Assembly: GCF_044704955.1 (NCBI RefSeq)
Contig: NC_091989.1
Coordinates: 84,692,001 to 84,756,000 of the forward strand
Direction: 5' to 3'
Origin: Pristiophorus japonicus
Taxonomy: Eukaryota
Length of the DNA: 64,000 bases
Of this stretch, positions 34,770 to 47,094 are shown piece after piece (position 1 is the stretch's first letter; each line of letters begins with the position of its first letter). The notes under the pieces are model-generated. The model was not told where the DNA came from. It saw nothing but the letters and a program-made list of their open reading frames with translations, and ran no database searches. Position numbers and translations under genes: made by a program.

Positions 34770-36943
34770 TGAATTGGCTAGAATAGACTGGCGAATGATA
34801 CTTAGAGTTGACGGTGGATAGGCAATGGCAAACATTTAAGGATCACATGGATGAACTTCAACAATTGTACATCCCTGTCTGGATTAAAAATAAAATAGGG
34901 AAGGTGGCTCAACCGTGGCTAACAAGGGAAATTAAGGAGCGTGCTAAATCTAAGTAAGAGGCATATAAATTGGCAAGAAAAAGCAGCAAACCTGAGGACT
35001 GGGAGAAATTTAGAATCCAGCGGAGGAGGGCAAAGTGTTTAATTAGGAGGGGGAAAACAGTATAAGAGGAAGCTTGCTGGGAACATAAAAACTGACTGCA
35101 AAAGCTTCCATAGATATATGGAGAAAAAGATTAGTGAAGACAAATGTAGGTCCCTTGCAGTCAGATTCAGATGAATTTATAATGGGGAACAAAGAAATGG
35201 CAGACCAGTTGAACAAATACTTTGGTTCTGTCTTCACGAATAAAGACACAAATAACCTTCTGGAAATACTAGGGGACCGAGGGTCTAGTGAGAAGAAGGA
35301 ACTGAATAAAATCCTTATTAAGTGGGAAATTGTGTTCGGGAAATTGGTGGGATTGAAGGCCGATAAATCCCCGGGGCCTGATAGGCTGCATCCCAGAGTA
35401 CTTAAGGAAGTGGCCCTAGAAATAGTGGATGCATTGGTGATCATTTTCCAACAGTCTATCAACTCCGGATCAGTTCCTATGGACTGGAGGGTAGCAAATG
35501 TAACGCCACTTTTAAAAAAAGAAGGGAGACAGAAAACGGCTAATTATAGACCGGTTAGCCTGACATCAGTAGTGGGGAAAATGTTGGAATCAATTATTAA
35601 AGTTGAAATAGCAGCGCATAAGGAAAGCAGTGACTGGATCGGTCCAAGACAGCATGTATTTATGAAAGGGAAATCATGCTTGACAAATCTAAATTTTTTG
35701 AGGATGTAACTAGTAGAGTGGACAAGGGAAAACCAGTGGATGTGGTGTATTTTGACTTTCAAAAGGCTTTTGACAAGGTCCCATACAAGAAATTGGTGTG
35801 CAAAATTAAAGCACATGGTATTGGGGGTACTGATGTGGATAGAGAACTGTTTGGCAGACAGGAAGCAGAGAGTCGGGATCAACGAGTCCTTTTCAGAATG
35901 GCAGGCAGTGACTAGTGGGGTGCCGCAGGCTCAGTGCTGGGACCCCAGCTATTTACAATGTACATCAATGATTTAGATGAATGAATTGAGTGTAATATCT
36001 CCAAGTTTGCAGATGATACTAAGCTGGGCGGCGGTGTGATCTGTGAGGAGGATGCTAAGAGACTGCAGGATGACTTGGACAGGTTAGGTGAGTGGGCAAA
36101 TGCATGGCAAATGCAGTATAATGTGGATAAATGTGAGGTTATCCACTTTGGTGGCAAAAACACGAAGACAGAATATTATCTGCATGGCGGAAGATTAGGA
36201 AAAGGGGAGGTGCAACGAGACCTGGGTGTCATGGTACATCAGTCATTCAAAGTTGGCATGCAGGTATAGCAGGCGGTGAAGAAGGAAAATGGTATGTTGG
36301 CCTTCATAGCTAGCGGATTTGAGTATAGGAGCAGGGATGTCTTACTGCAGTTGTAAAGGGTCTTGGTGAGGCCTCACCTGGAATATTGTGTTCATTTTTG
36401 GTCTCCTAATCTGAGGAAAGACGTTCTTGCTATTGAGGGAGCGCAGCGAAGATTCACCAGACTGATTCCATGGATGGCAGGACTGACATATGAGGAGAGA
36501 CTGGATCGATTAGGCGTGTATTCACTGGAGTTTAGAAGGATGAGAGGGCATCTCATTGAAACATATAAAATTCTGACCGGACTGGACAGGTTAGATGCAG
36601 GAAGAATGTTCCCAAATGTTGGGAAGTCCAGAACCAGGAGACACAGTCTAAGGATAAGGGGTAAGCCATTTAGGACTGAGACGAGGAGAAACTTCTTCAC
36701 TCAGAGAGTTGTTAACCTGTGGAATTCTCGACCGCAGAGAACTGTTGATGCCAGTTCATTGGATATATTCAAGAGGGAGTTGGATATGGCCTTTACGGCT
36801 AAAGGGATCAAGGGGTATGAAGAAAAAGCAGGAAAGGGATACTGCGGTGAATGATCAGCCATGATCTTACTGAATGGTGGTGCAGGCTTGAAGGGCTGAA
36901 TGGCCTACTCCTGCACCTATTTTCTATTTTTCTATGTTTCTAT
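34770..36943 (+). mobile_element. 5'-truncated decayed CR1 ORF2
   Basis: KSPGPDRLHPRVLKE, NYRPVSLTSVVGK, YFDFQKAFDKVP, HLEYCVHFWSP and 3' UTR. Confidence 0.95.
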
Positions 36944-36997
36944 GATGAGGATGCTGTGTAGATTCACTTGGATATTACCCAGAATGAGGATTACCCA

Positions 36998-37310
36998 GGG
37001 GGATGGGAACCTATGCAGGGAGACAGAGGGAAGTAGAATGGGGGCAGAAACAAAAGATAGAAAGAAGAAAAGTAAAAGTGGAGGGCAGTGAAACCCAAGA
37101 CAAAAAGCAAAAAGGGCCACATTACAGCAAAATCCTAAAGGGTCAAAGGGTGTTAAAAAGACAAGCCTGCAGGCTCTGTGCCTCAGTGCGAGGAGTATTC
37201 AGAATAAGGTGGACGAATTAACTGTGCAGATAGCAGTTAACGCACACGATTGATTCGCATCACGGAGACATGACTCCATGTTGACCAAGGCTGGGAACTC
37301 AACATCCAGG
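36998..37310 (+). mobile_element. CR1 ORF1/ORF2 junction fragment
   Basis: GGGGATGGGAACCTATGCAGGGAGACAG... through the endonuclease start; same as the junctions at 25.7-26.0 kb and 63.4-63.7 kb. Confidence 0.85.
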
Positions 37311-37630
37311 GCAGAGGATGACCTGCTTGAGGCGGTACTTTTAAAATTTTGAAAATTTAGAACTAGGCGCAAAGGATTCTGAACTTCTGCTAAATTGGGT
37401 TATATCGCCCCATGAAGGAAGGGGGCGGTACATCAAGCACTAATGAGCTCAGCGGGGCACTACAGGGGTGCTACCACCCAGAGCGCTACTGAATTTCAGG
37501 GGACTTTCATTCAGCAATCATCTTTTGAATCCTTCACACTGCCTCATTCCAGCTCTTAAAGGGGAGGTTCTATCAAGCTGCAGCTGCTCATTTTCATCAT
37601 TCCTACAACTGAGACCAACTGAAAGATTTC

Positions 37631-39460
37631 ATGGCTATGGCTGCTCCCAATCCAGATTGAAGGGTAAGATCTCATCGGTTTAATGATGCCGCATTGGTGG
37701 GGGCAGTGAAACCAAGGAGAGATGCGCTGTTCCTGACCAGTGGAAGGAGGCCATTGCCCCAGGTCTTCAGGGCAATGTGGAGTGAAGTGACACACAAGGT
37801 CTCGGCCAGTAGCGTGGTTGTCTGGAGCCTGACACGGTGCTATAAAAAGTTCAACGACCTCAGTTGAGTATTCAAAGTGAATACACGCCTCAACAGGTCC
37901 TACATACCACATCGGAACCTCTGTCTGTGCATACTGCGCTTTGCCCCACTCCCCCACCAAACATCTGCAACTATTCAAACTCACTTCCTCATCTCACGCA
38001 TTGCCCACATTCACTGCTATTCAACGACGGCAGACAAATCTCTCAGACACAAAGCTGGACTCTGACTCATACACATTACTTTCTTTTGCGGGTCAATAGG
38101 AGGGAGCAGCAGAGGACAGGTGATGTGCAGCTCCAGCAGCTCTCAGATTTGGAGGAGTGAATGCTGCGGCTCAATGGGCAGCAGGTGGTGGATGCCGTGA
38201 CCATTGATGACATCGACCCCGCTGGGGGCAACAACGATATCTTTATCCCCTCTCCTTCTCTCATCCCACTTCCCCCTCACACCAGAAGGCTTTATCAGTT
38301 TCCAGCTCCTGATACTGTCTGCATTCCTTTCTGCATTTCTGTCCCCCAGCCCTCACCTTAATGTGAGACTTGTGACACCAGTGCTTTCAGACAATCAGCC
38401 GGCAGATGACGAGCCTGTCCCTGAGCCTCCCAATGAGAGTGAGGAAGAAGAGGAGGAGGACCCAAGCACCGTGTCACTGTATCTCTCCCCGCAGGCACCA
38501 TCCCAGAGACTGGCACTACGTGATCATTAGAGGCAAGCTTAGTAGAGGGGTCTACACTGGGCAATGCACCGGGGACTAGAGGGCTGCAGCAAGGCCACGG
38601 GGAAAGGATAACTCGAGAGTCAGCTCCCCGGAGGGAGAGTTCGTGCTTGAGTTCTGCTGCACAGGACTCAGATGAGGACCTCGATGGGGAGGCGTTTACA
38701 GCAAGGTGATGGGCCATGCACTCCAAGATAATAGGTGCAATGGCAAGGTTGCCTGAGAGCCTCCGCACTATAGTACGGAGCATGGAGGAGTCTGCCTCCA
38801 ACATTGCACAGAGCTCTGCGCACACCACGGAGCCCATCATTCCCAGTCTGCAAAGGACGGTGGACTCCCAGAGAGACCGTGGCAACGCAGACCTCATGAT
38901 GTGTGTGATGGGCAATGAGGCAGTTTCCATTGCAGCACGGGCGGAAGCAACTCAACGTCTTGGTGCTGTGATGCAGAGCATGGTTGGTGCCATTGAGTCT
39001 CAGACTGCTCCCATGCAGTCCCAGCTGGATGCCACACAAGATCTGACTGCTGCCATCATTGCTGGGTCCACCACAGTCCATCAGGGATCTCACGGTGTCG
39101 CAGCTGACCAGCAATCTGTGCTCCAGGAGGAGTGGCAGTGGTTCAGTGGAGCAGGAATCTGCTGTCCTCGCTCAGGATCACATCACTGCCACTCCGCCAT
39201 TGCACTTGTCGCTGCCTGTCACCCTGCCAGCCCAGACTGACGCCGCCCAGTCTGAGGTGGTGCAGTCTACAGCTGGGTCTTCCAGGCCCAGAGCTGGTCG
39301 AGGGCATCCTACAAGGCCATCTGTAGTCTCTCACTTTGACACTCAGCAGCCTTCCACCAGCCGTGCTGCAGCCTCTGGGGAGACACTATGTAGAAGCAGT
39401 AGAATCGGTAAAGGTAGTGTTAAGCGAGGATATAAAGTTTTGCATAAGGGTGAATATTAA
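37631..39460 (+). pseudogene. Harbinger Myb/SANT-like DNA-binding protein gene, probably spliced, decayed
   Basis: RFNDAAL..VGAVKPRRDALF...WSEVTHKVSASSVVVWSLTRCYKKFNDL (37631-37860), then NRREQQRTG..LSDLEE, an acidic tract and a helical C-terminal part; contains stops. Confidence 0.75.
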
Positions 39461-39633
39461 ATGTAATTGTTGTATATATATATATATACGTGGTGAATGT
39501 TTTCTGGTAAAAAATTGATTGGAATGTTGCATATTTGATGCAGTCTCTCATTTCAGTTTTGGGGCTCTGGTATGGAATGAGAAGTTGATGTATTGATGAG
39601 GATGAGCAAACCAATCGACCATTGGAATGGAAT

Positions 39634-40620
39634 TCATTGGAACCGAAGTCTGATGAGACGCTCAAGGCCTACCCTTGCAGAAGGCCAATTGAGTGCCTGC
39701 CTCCTCCATCGCTGCTGTTGCTTCTGTTTCTCCTCCTGCTCCTCCTCCTGAGGTGGTGCGGCTATGCCTGGTGACAATGGCTGCATCCTCATGATGGCCA
39801 AGTTGTGCAGAAGATGAAGATGAAAAGGGGCACCCACTCAGCCGAGTACTGGAGGACTCCTCCCGAGCGGTCAAGGTGGCGGAACGGTTGCTTGAGCACT
39901 CTGATGGTCTTCTCAATGATGTTCCTGATGGCGGCATGGCTCTCATTGTATGAGTGCTGGGCAGGAGTGGTGGGGTTGCAAAGGGGAGGCATGAGCCAAG
40001 TGGAGAGTGGATAGCCCTTCTCTCTGAGCAGCTGGCCATGAGCTTGATGCGATGGCTGGAAGGGAACTGGCACACTGGTCTGGCGCAGGGTAGCGGGTAT
40101 TGACGGTGAGGATTCGCAGTGTGTGGTCACACACCAACCGCACAGTGAGTGGTAACCTTTGCGGTTATGGAATACCTCAGGATCATGATGCGGTGCCCAC
40201 AAAGTGACGTGGGTGCAGTAAGTGGCCGTCCTGCACCGTGGGGAAACCTGCTATCCTGGGAAAGCCACATGTACGCTCGAGCTGCTTCTCTCTGCTCATG
40301 GGGAAGGAGATGTAGTTCCTCCTCCTTCTGTACAGAGCATCTGTGACCTCACGGATGTAGCAATGGACGGCAAACTGGGAGATGTTGGACATGTTGGAGA
40401 TGTTTCCTGTTGCACACTGGAAGGATCCGCTGGCGTAGAAATTGAGTATGTTGATGACCTTGACTGCCACTGAGAGAGCGACCTTACCTTGGTCTGAGGC
40501 TCGAGGTGGCAGAGCTCTGTGAACATGTCCTTGCTGAAGCACAGCCTTCGCGCACACTGTTCCTCAGTGAAATTGGTGTTGGAGAACTGCCGCTAAAATA
40601 CCCTGGGAGGGTAATTCTTC
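39634..40620 (-). pseudogene. Harbinger (HARBI1-like, DDE_Tnp_4) transposase, frameshifted
   Basis: LNFYASGSFQ, IREVTDAL, GFPTVQ, FHNRKGYHSL, KGYPLSTWLM, YNESHAAIRNIIEKTIRVLK, LDRSGGVLQY, LHNLA. Confidence 0.92.
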
Positions 40621-41158
40621 CTGTTGACAGCCATGTGGTGCTCCCTGTGCGGTTGGTGACATGGAATGATATAAACTTGGACTTTCAAATCTGACCTCAA
40701 TGAAAGTCACAAATCATTAAGAGCCAGAACACTCCTTCATCTGCAAATCGCTCAAATTGGTCAAAACACCTGTCTGCCTATTGGAAATGAAGAAGGAAAC
40801 AGTATTGGACGGCTAAAACTTCACCGGATGCTGGCGTCTTTAAATAGTGCTCCTCCAGCCGATATCCGACTGAAACCCAATTGCTGAAGCTGTCGTCGTC
40901 AGCAGCAGGCGCGAAACCAGGGGCCGAGGTCTAATTTTTGTTCCGGGACACTAGCGAGGCATTGCGCACGGTGATGATGTCAGCATCGCTGGGTGCAGCA
41001 GAGCGGGGTGCTACATGTTACCGCTGCCGCAACGGCCCCCACTGGATTTAACGGTAGGTTCTGTTCTCACAGTGCCCGGTCACAAACTGATTTGCGCCCC
41101 ATTAACGCCCCTCACCAGGTCACAAACGGGATGTGCAAAGTAGCCCAATTTCTCCCCC

Positions 41159-41370
41159 ATAGAGTACAAAAGCCAGGAATGTATGGTAAATCTTTATAAA
41201 TCACTGGTTACGTCTCAGCCACAGTATTGTGTCAAATTCTGGACTCCACACTTCAGGAAAGAAGTCAAGGCCTGGAAGAGGGTGCAGAGGGGGTTTACTA
41301 GAATGGTATAAGGGATGACACAATGCAGTTATGTGGCGAGATTGGAGAAGCTGGGGTTGTTCTCCTTACT
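41159..41370 (+). mobile_element. Old CR1 fragment flanking the Harbinger end
   Basis: ATAGAGTACAAAAGC...GGGTGCAGAGGGGGTTTACTAGAATG. Confidence 0.7.
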
Positions 41371-41465
41371 CCTGGCTCAGTACTGCTCCTCTGGGCTAAT
41401 CTACTGGGACATGAGATTCATTATAAGATGGAACTTAATTTTAATGGTGAGAAAGCTTGTATTTT

Positions 41466-42358
41466 TCACTTTTTGATGGATCTAAGAATTACAGTGAAAG
41501 GATATTTCACAATCTTTTTCAGCTGCTCCCGGAACTGGCTCTGAGTCACGGTGTAAATGCATGTGTTTGTGCAGGAACTGAGGAGCTGGAGCAGGTATCC
41601 GATGGTACCTGCGGCAGGTGAAGGGGTATAGGAATTGGACATGAATGCGATTCGCTGATATATGAAACATGTAACATAGGTCATCCATAAAACAATAAAA
41701 CTGCCTGAGATAGTGAAGAGTAAAACAATGGATTTTCTGCGTTTGTCCATCTCTGGGTCACTGGGACTCTCCCCATCGCTGTCCTCCCGGAGTCTCCTGC
41801 GGGCTCTGCTCGCCAGCAAGATGTGTCTGACCGTCAGGGTGTTGAGGAGCAGAATCAAAAGGAACGGGACCAAAGGGGTTAGAAGCCGATGAAAAATCTC
41901 AAACGCTGCCCAGAAGATTGAAGAGTAATACTCTGGTTTTGTGATGCAAAACCATTCCAGGTTATTGAAGATGTACCGAGCTTCGAACTTGAAGAACCAG
42001 GGAGCACTTTCCAAACAGCTCAGCACAGTCACTGCTCCGACTACCACCGCCGCAGTTCTCCCAGTGCAATATTTCGTTTTCAGCTTCTGGCAACAAATGG
42101 CCACAAATCGATCAAAGGTGAAAGCGACTGTCAACCAGACAGAACTCACTGTGGCGACAAAAATGAACACCGTAACCAAACGACACACGGAAGTAATATC
42201 CAAAAAAGAGACTGGGAAATAAATAATGAGCCACCTCAGTATCACATCAGTGATGACAACCAGGAGGTCGGCCACTGCCATGGCCACCAGGTAACGAGTG
42301 ACACATTTGGAAAGACCGCACTTTCCCTGAGACAGGATCACAATCGCCAGCAAGTTAA
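41466..42358 (-). CDS. Class A GPCR, GPR139/GPR142-like, main coding exon (end of TM1 to C-terminus)
   Basis: Intact frame with NLLAIVILS, YLVAMAVADL, SVWLTVAFTFDRFVAICC, PFLLILLLN, SSCTNTCIY; acceptor TTGTTTTGTTTTCACAG (minus) just upstream; first exon not identified. Confidence 0.92.
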
Positions 42359-42594
42359 CTGTGAAAACAAAACAAGGTCAAATCACTGGCTCAGCTCAAA
42401 GCATCAGTTTACCAGGATGTTCTGTTGAATTTTCAGTATCCACTATTCAAATCTGTCTTCTGATTCCATCAGTATTTTTGGCAGGGGACCGGTTCAAAAA
42501 TAAAACTAATTGCTAATCAATTGTGAGAAATAAAAGCAACAACATCAATCTTAAAAACAAATTGAACAGGCATGATTTCTGGCCAAAAGACCAG

Positions 42595-43380
42595 GTGGAG
42601 AGTGAGGAGGGGAGGGGCCTGGTGTTAACCGATGGGTCAGGCGAGGGAAGAGGGCCTGGTGTTGATCGGGGTGGGGGAGGTGGGGGGGTGGATGGTCTAG
42701 TGTTAACCGGGGCGAGGCAGGGAGGGTGAGGGTGAGGGGGGAGTGGGAGGGGGGGGTGGTCTAGTGTTAACCGGAGCGAGGTGGGGAGGGGGAGGGTGAG
42801 GGGGAAGGGGGAGAGGGGGTGGTCTAGTGTTAACCGGGGCGAGGTGGGGAGGGGGTGAGTGGATAGTCTAGTGTTAATTGGGGCGAGGTGGGGAGGGTGA
42901 GGGGGGAGGGGGAGGGTGGATGGTCTACTGTTAACCGGGGCGAGGTGGGGAGGGTGAGGGTGAGGGGGGAGTGGGAGGGGGGGGTGGTCTAGTGTTAACC
43001 GGAGCGAGGTGGGGAGGGGGAGGGTGAGGGGGAAGGGGGAGAGGGGGTGGTCTAGTGTTAACCGGAGCCAGGTGGGGAGGGTGAGGGGGGAGGGGGAGAG
43101 GGGGTGGTCTAGTGTTAACCGGAGCCAGGTGGGGAGGGTGAGGGGGGAGGGGGTGAGTGGATGGTCTAGTGTTAATTGGGGCGAGGTGGGGAGGGGGAGG
43201 GTGGATGGTCTAGTGTTAATTGGGGCGAGGTGGGGAGGGTGAGGGGGGAGGGGGAGGGTGGATGGTCTACTGTTAACCGGGGCGAGGTGGGGAGGGTGAC
43301 GGGGGAGGGGGAGGGCAAGGTGGAAGGGTTAAGGAGGAAAGCCTAGTGTTAACCAATGGAGAGGGGTGAGGGAGGAGGGC
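42595..43380. repeat. G-rich minisatellite (core GGTCTAGTGTTAACCGGGGCGAGGTGGGGAGGG)
   Basis: Core recurs about every 45-65 bp with G/A-run spacers. Confidence 0.9.
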
Positions 43381-43914
43381 ATGTTGTCAACCAGGGAGGA
43401 AGGGAAAGGAGGAGGCCAGGCTCTCGACCAGGGAAGAGGGAGCCAATGGATTAAATGCAACGATGTGCATTAATGCAACTCTTTCAAGTAAGCTAACAGC
43501 ACAAGGAGGGAAGGAGGACCTTCTGTCACAGAGGTCCACATTTGGTATGCTATGTCCGGCAGTGTCATTAAAGTTAATAGATCTCATTTTGGGAGGAGAG
43601 TACATCAGAGATGTTCCATGACCAATCAACTGTATGTCATCTGCACATGCCTTTCCTGAGTTGCCGCTAGAGCAGGTTATTGGGGACTGGATCTGTGTGG
43701 GCCGGTTGGAGAGGTCTTGCTCCCGGCTTACTCTGATCTGTTGCTGGTGATGTTTACACACTGGGTGGGCAACTTACTGTCTGCAGACCCTGAAATGATA
43801 ATCTTACAGTTTACCATTATGGGCTGTCTTGACGAAGAAGCATTGCAATCGTGAGGCTGCTCCTCCACAATCCCTACCTTCATCTGCCTTTTGTCAATGC
43901 ACTGGAGGAATGGA

Positions 43915-45430
43915 GAACATAAGAACATAAAAAATAGGAACAGGAGTAGGCCATTCAGCCCCTCGAGCCTGCTCCACCATTTAATATGATCATGGCTGAT
44001 CCAATCATGGACTCAGCTCCACTTACCTGCCCGCTCCCCATAACCCGTTATTCCATTATCGGTTGAGAAACTGTCTATCTCTGTCTTAAATCTATTCAAT
44101 GTCCCGGCTTCCACAGCTCTGTGAGGCAGCGAAGTCCACAGATTTATAAGCCTCAGAGAAGAAATTCCTCCTCATCTCAGTTTTAAATGGGCGGCCCCTC
44201 ATTCTAAGATTATGCCCCCTGGTTCTAGTCTCCCCTATCAGTGGAAACATCCTCTCTGCATCCACCTTGTCAAGCCCCCTCATAATCTTAAACGTTTCTA
44301 TAAGATCACCTCTCATTCTTCCGAATTCCAATGAGTAGAGGCCCAATCTCCTCAACCTTTCCTCATAAGTCAACCCCTACATCTCCAGAATCAACCTAAT
44401 GAACCTTCTCTGAACTGCCTCCAAAGCAAGTATATCCTTTTGTAAATATGGAAGCCATAATGCACTCTATGAACACTTCCTCAAGGCTCCCCTGACCAAT
44501 TTAATTTGTCCAATCAATTTTGAGGTTAAAATCGCCCATGATTATTGCTGTTCCCTTTTTACAAGCCCCCACTATTTCCTGGTTTATACTCCGCCCAACA
44601 GAGTTGCTACTGTTAGGGGGCCTATAGATTATGCCCACCAGTGACTTTTTCCCCTTATTATTCCTTATCTCCACCCAAACTTTTTCAACACCCTGATTAT
44701 TTGAGCCAATATCGTTTCTCACTATTGCAGTGATTCCATCCTTTATCAATAGAGCTACCCCACCTCCTTTTCCTTTCTGTCTGTCCTTCCGGATTGTCAA
44801 ATACCCCTGAATATTTAATTCCCAGTCCTGGTCACCTTGCAACCACATCTCTGTAATGGCTATCAGATCATACGCATTTGTATCTATTTGTGCCGTCAAC
44901 TCATCTGTTTTGTTGTGAATGCTACGTGCATTTAAACAAGTGCATTTAAAAATTTTTTTACCCTTTTTCCCTGCTTATTTCTTCTCTCCTTCAAACTCAC
45001 TTTCTTTATTTTTGCTTTCTAATTCCAGCTTTACTCCCCTCCCTACTGAATCTATTTTTAGGTTCCCACCCCCCTGCCAAGCTAATTTAAACCCTCCCCA
45101 ACAGCACTAGCAAACCGCCCCGCGAGGATATTGGTCCTGGCTCTGTTGAGGTGCAATCCGTATGGCTTGTACAGGTCCCATCTCCCCCAGAAACGGTCCC
45201 AATGCCTCAGGAAACTAAAGCCCTCCCGCCTGCACTCTCTCTCCAGCTACATATTCATCTGCTCTATCCTCCTATTTCTTTACTCACTAGCTCATGGCAC
45301 TGGGAATAATCCGGAGATTACTACCTTTGAGGTCCTGCTTTTTAATCTCTCTCCTAGCTCCCTAAACTCTGCCTGCAGGACCTCATCCCTCTTTCTACCT
45401 ATGTCATTGGTCCTGATATGGACTACGACC
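43915..45430 (-). mobile_element. CR1 fragments: 3' end (43915-44455) joined to ORF1/endonuclease piece (44455-45430)
   Basis: YSLEFGRMRGDLIETFKIM; AITEMWLQG, GIIYRPPN, MGDFN; VHIRTNDIGRK...VVISGL. Confidence 0.9.
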
Positions 45431-45439
45431 ACTACGACC

Positions 45440-46330
45440 TCTCCCCCCAGAATGCCAAGAACAGAGATGCTGCAAAGATTACCAGAGTCAGGGACATGCT
45501 GCAGACTCAGCTGGATCTCCTCAGAGATATTCAGCACCTACTTGCCACCAAAGTCTTCTGCAGAATACAATCCAGACATGGCCCTGTGTCTCTCGAGTGC
45601 ATTGTGGCGGCTCCGATACTTGGAGCAGTTGTATCTGATCTCATCCCTATTCGGGAGGAACTGCTCATAGGCAAGAGACCCTTAACGCACACCCACCCAT
45701 AACTTTTCTTGTCTCTCAGGAATTCCCTGTGTGCTGTTCCACTCTACATGGAGGGATTTCCTCTAATATCTACTGGTTCAAACTCCACTTCCTCACCCTT
45801 TTCTTCCATCAGGACATATTCTGGTGGAGCATTGTACTATCTGGCTTGGGCAAGTGGATCAGTGGAAGACTCTCTACTTGACTATCTTTCCCCGCACCAC
45901 TGGAGTGCTGGGGTGGAAACTGTTGGACAGTGTGGTAGCCTCCAATCACCAACACAGCCACTTCACCAAGGCCTGGCTGCCCACCCTTTCTGGGTCCAGA
46001 ACAAAACCAACATTGACACATCCGAATCGTCATTGTTGTGTTACCTGAGGGAGCGCTCCTTTATTTTTGATTGCATTTTACCCCTACAATGCTATTCCTT
46101 GGTCATTCAGTGTGCTGTGCGAGCAGTTTGGAGGACATTCTGGGCCTGGCAAAAGCCACCCCTTCCAGGATGTGCAAGGTTGCTGGAAATGGTCTTGCTT
46201 CCTGCTTGCACAAGGCTGGGATTGAACTTGGGCCGTGAGATTTGGTACCACCCTATTTGGGGGAGGTAACAATAGCGAGGCGGGAATAGGTGAGCATGGC
46301 ACAGATGTCCCAGCCGGCGATCTATATTCA
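45440..46330 (+). mobile_element. Highly decayed Tx1-like (L1 clade) LINE ORF2 3' region
   Basis: WKTLYLTIFPRTTGVLGWKLLDSVVASN..SHFT and, across frameshifts, LHFTPTMLFLG resemble the Tx1 ORF2 C-terminal pattern W..LY....GDL.WR.LH..V..N...LHFSPTLLIFG (recalled). Confidence 0.55.
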
Positions 46331-47094
46331 GGTTGCTGCCCCCGAGGGGATTCCTCGCTGAGGTGAGCAGGGCGCAAAGCCAAGCGGTGTTCGCAGCAGA
46401 ACATGGTGGGACACGCAGCACTGGCGGGTAGACAGGGCCCTCCCCTTCATTAAAGGGGGGGAGCTATGCTGCCGACTCTGCGGGTGGTAAACGAGGCCAT
46501 CCCCGGACCACCAGGGAGCAGTGGCAGCAGCCTGGCACAGAAGCAGAGTGTCGGGCTGCAAGATGACCGCACGATCGAGCAACAAGAAGGCCGTGACTAG
46601 TAAGTCGGCCATTTTTTTTTCCTGCTGCTCCTCCCCTTTAATTTTCACCCCATGAGCGGCGTAAAGCCGACTGCGTGCCTACAACAGCTTCAGGGGGCCC
46701 TGCTGAATATTCACTCCGGGGCGAAAACCGGTCACTGTACATGGTGACGACGTCGCCGTCACAGCGGAGTGAGGCGCTCTCGGTTACCGCCACTGCTAAA
46801 CTCCCGCGCAGGTCGATAGTGGCGCCACGCCCGAACAAAGAGTCGCTTGCACCACGTTAGCGCCCACCGAGGGTGCTAACAGGAGGCTCAAACGCCCCGA
46901 TGTTGGGATTTTAGTCCTTTATGGTTCAGGCCCACATTGGTCAGTGAGTCGCCCCAATGTGATGAGAATTATTGATGAAACAAAAAAGCAAACTTTCAAA
47001 TAATATTGTCGCACTCTTACACTAGTTTCTTCTCACGTAACTTTCTTTTTAATCCAGCTGCAGTTGTGCTCATTTATTCCATTGAATATTCTTT

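Larger units (their letters stand above)
32975..36998. repeat. ~38-bp minisatellite (CAGTGTAGATTCACTGGGATATTACCCGGGATGAGGATA), fragmented by SINE and CR1 insertions
   Basis: Units at ~32975-33150, 33815-33930, 34445-34770 and 36943-36998. Confidence 0.88.
37390..41158. mobile_element. Decayed autonomous-type PIF/Harbinger DNA transposon
   Basis: Convergent Myb/SANT-like gene (+) and HARBI1-like transposase (-). Right end TAGCCCAATTTCTCCCCC; partial left match AAATTGGGTTA at ~37392. Confidence 0.85.

Noticed and set aside
39634-40620. Host gene HARBI1
   Set aside because: Multiple frameshifts, degenerate catalytic motifs and linkage to a Myb-like partner and a TIR indicate a transposon fossil.
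42359-42480. Possible GPCR exon 1 ending CATCCTG|GTAAAC near 42412 (minus)
   Set aside because: The intron would be only ~54 nt, the frame has a stop shortly upstream with no ATG, and it does not encode a TM1-like start.
43387-43915. Minus-strand ORF with KACADDIQL, resembling an RT YADD motif
   Set aside because: A single degenerate motif without supporting RT blocks; possibly a very old LINE but not supportable.
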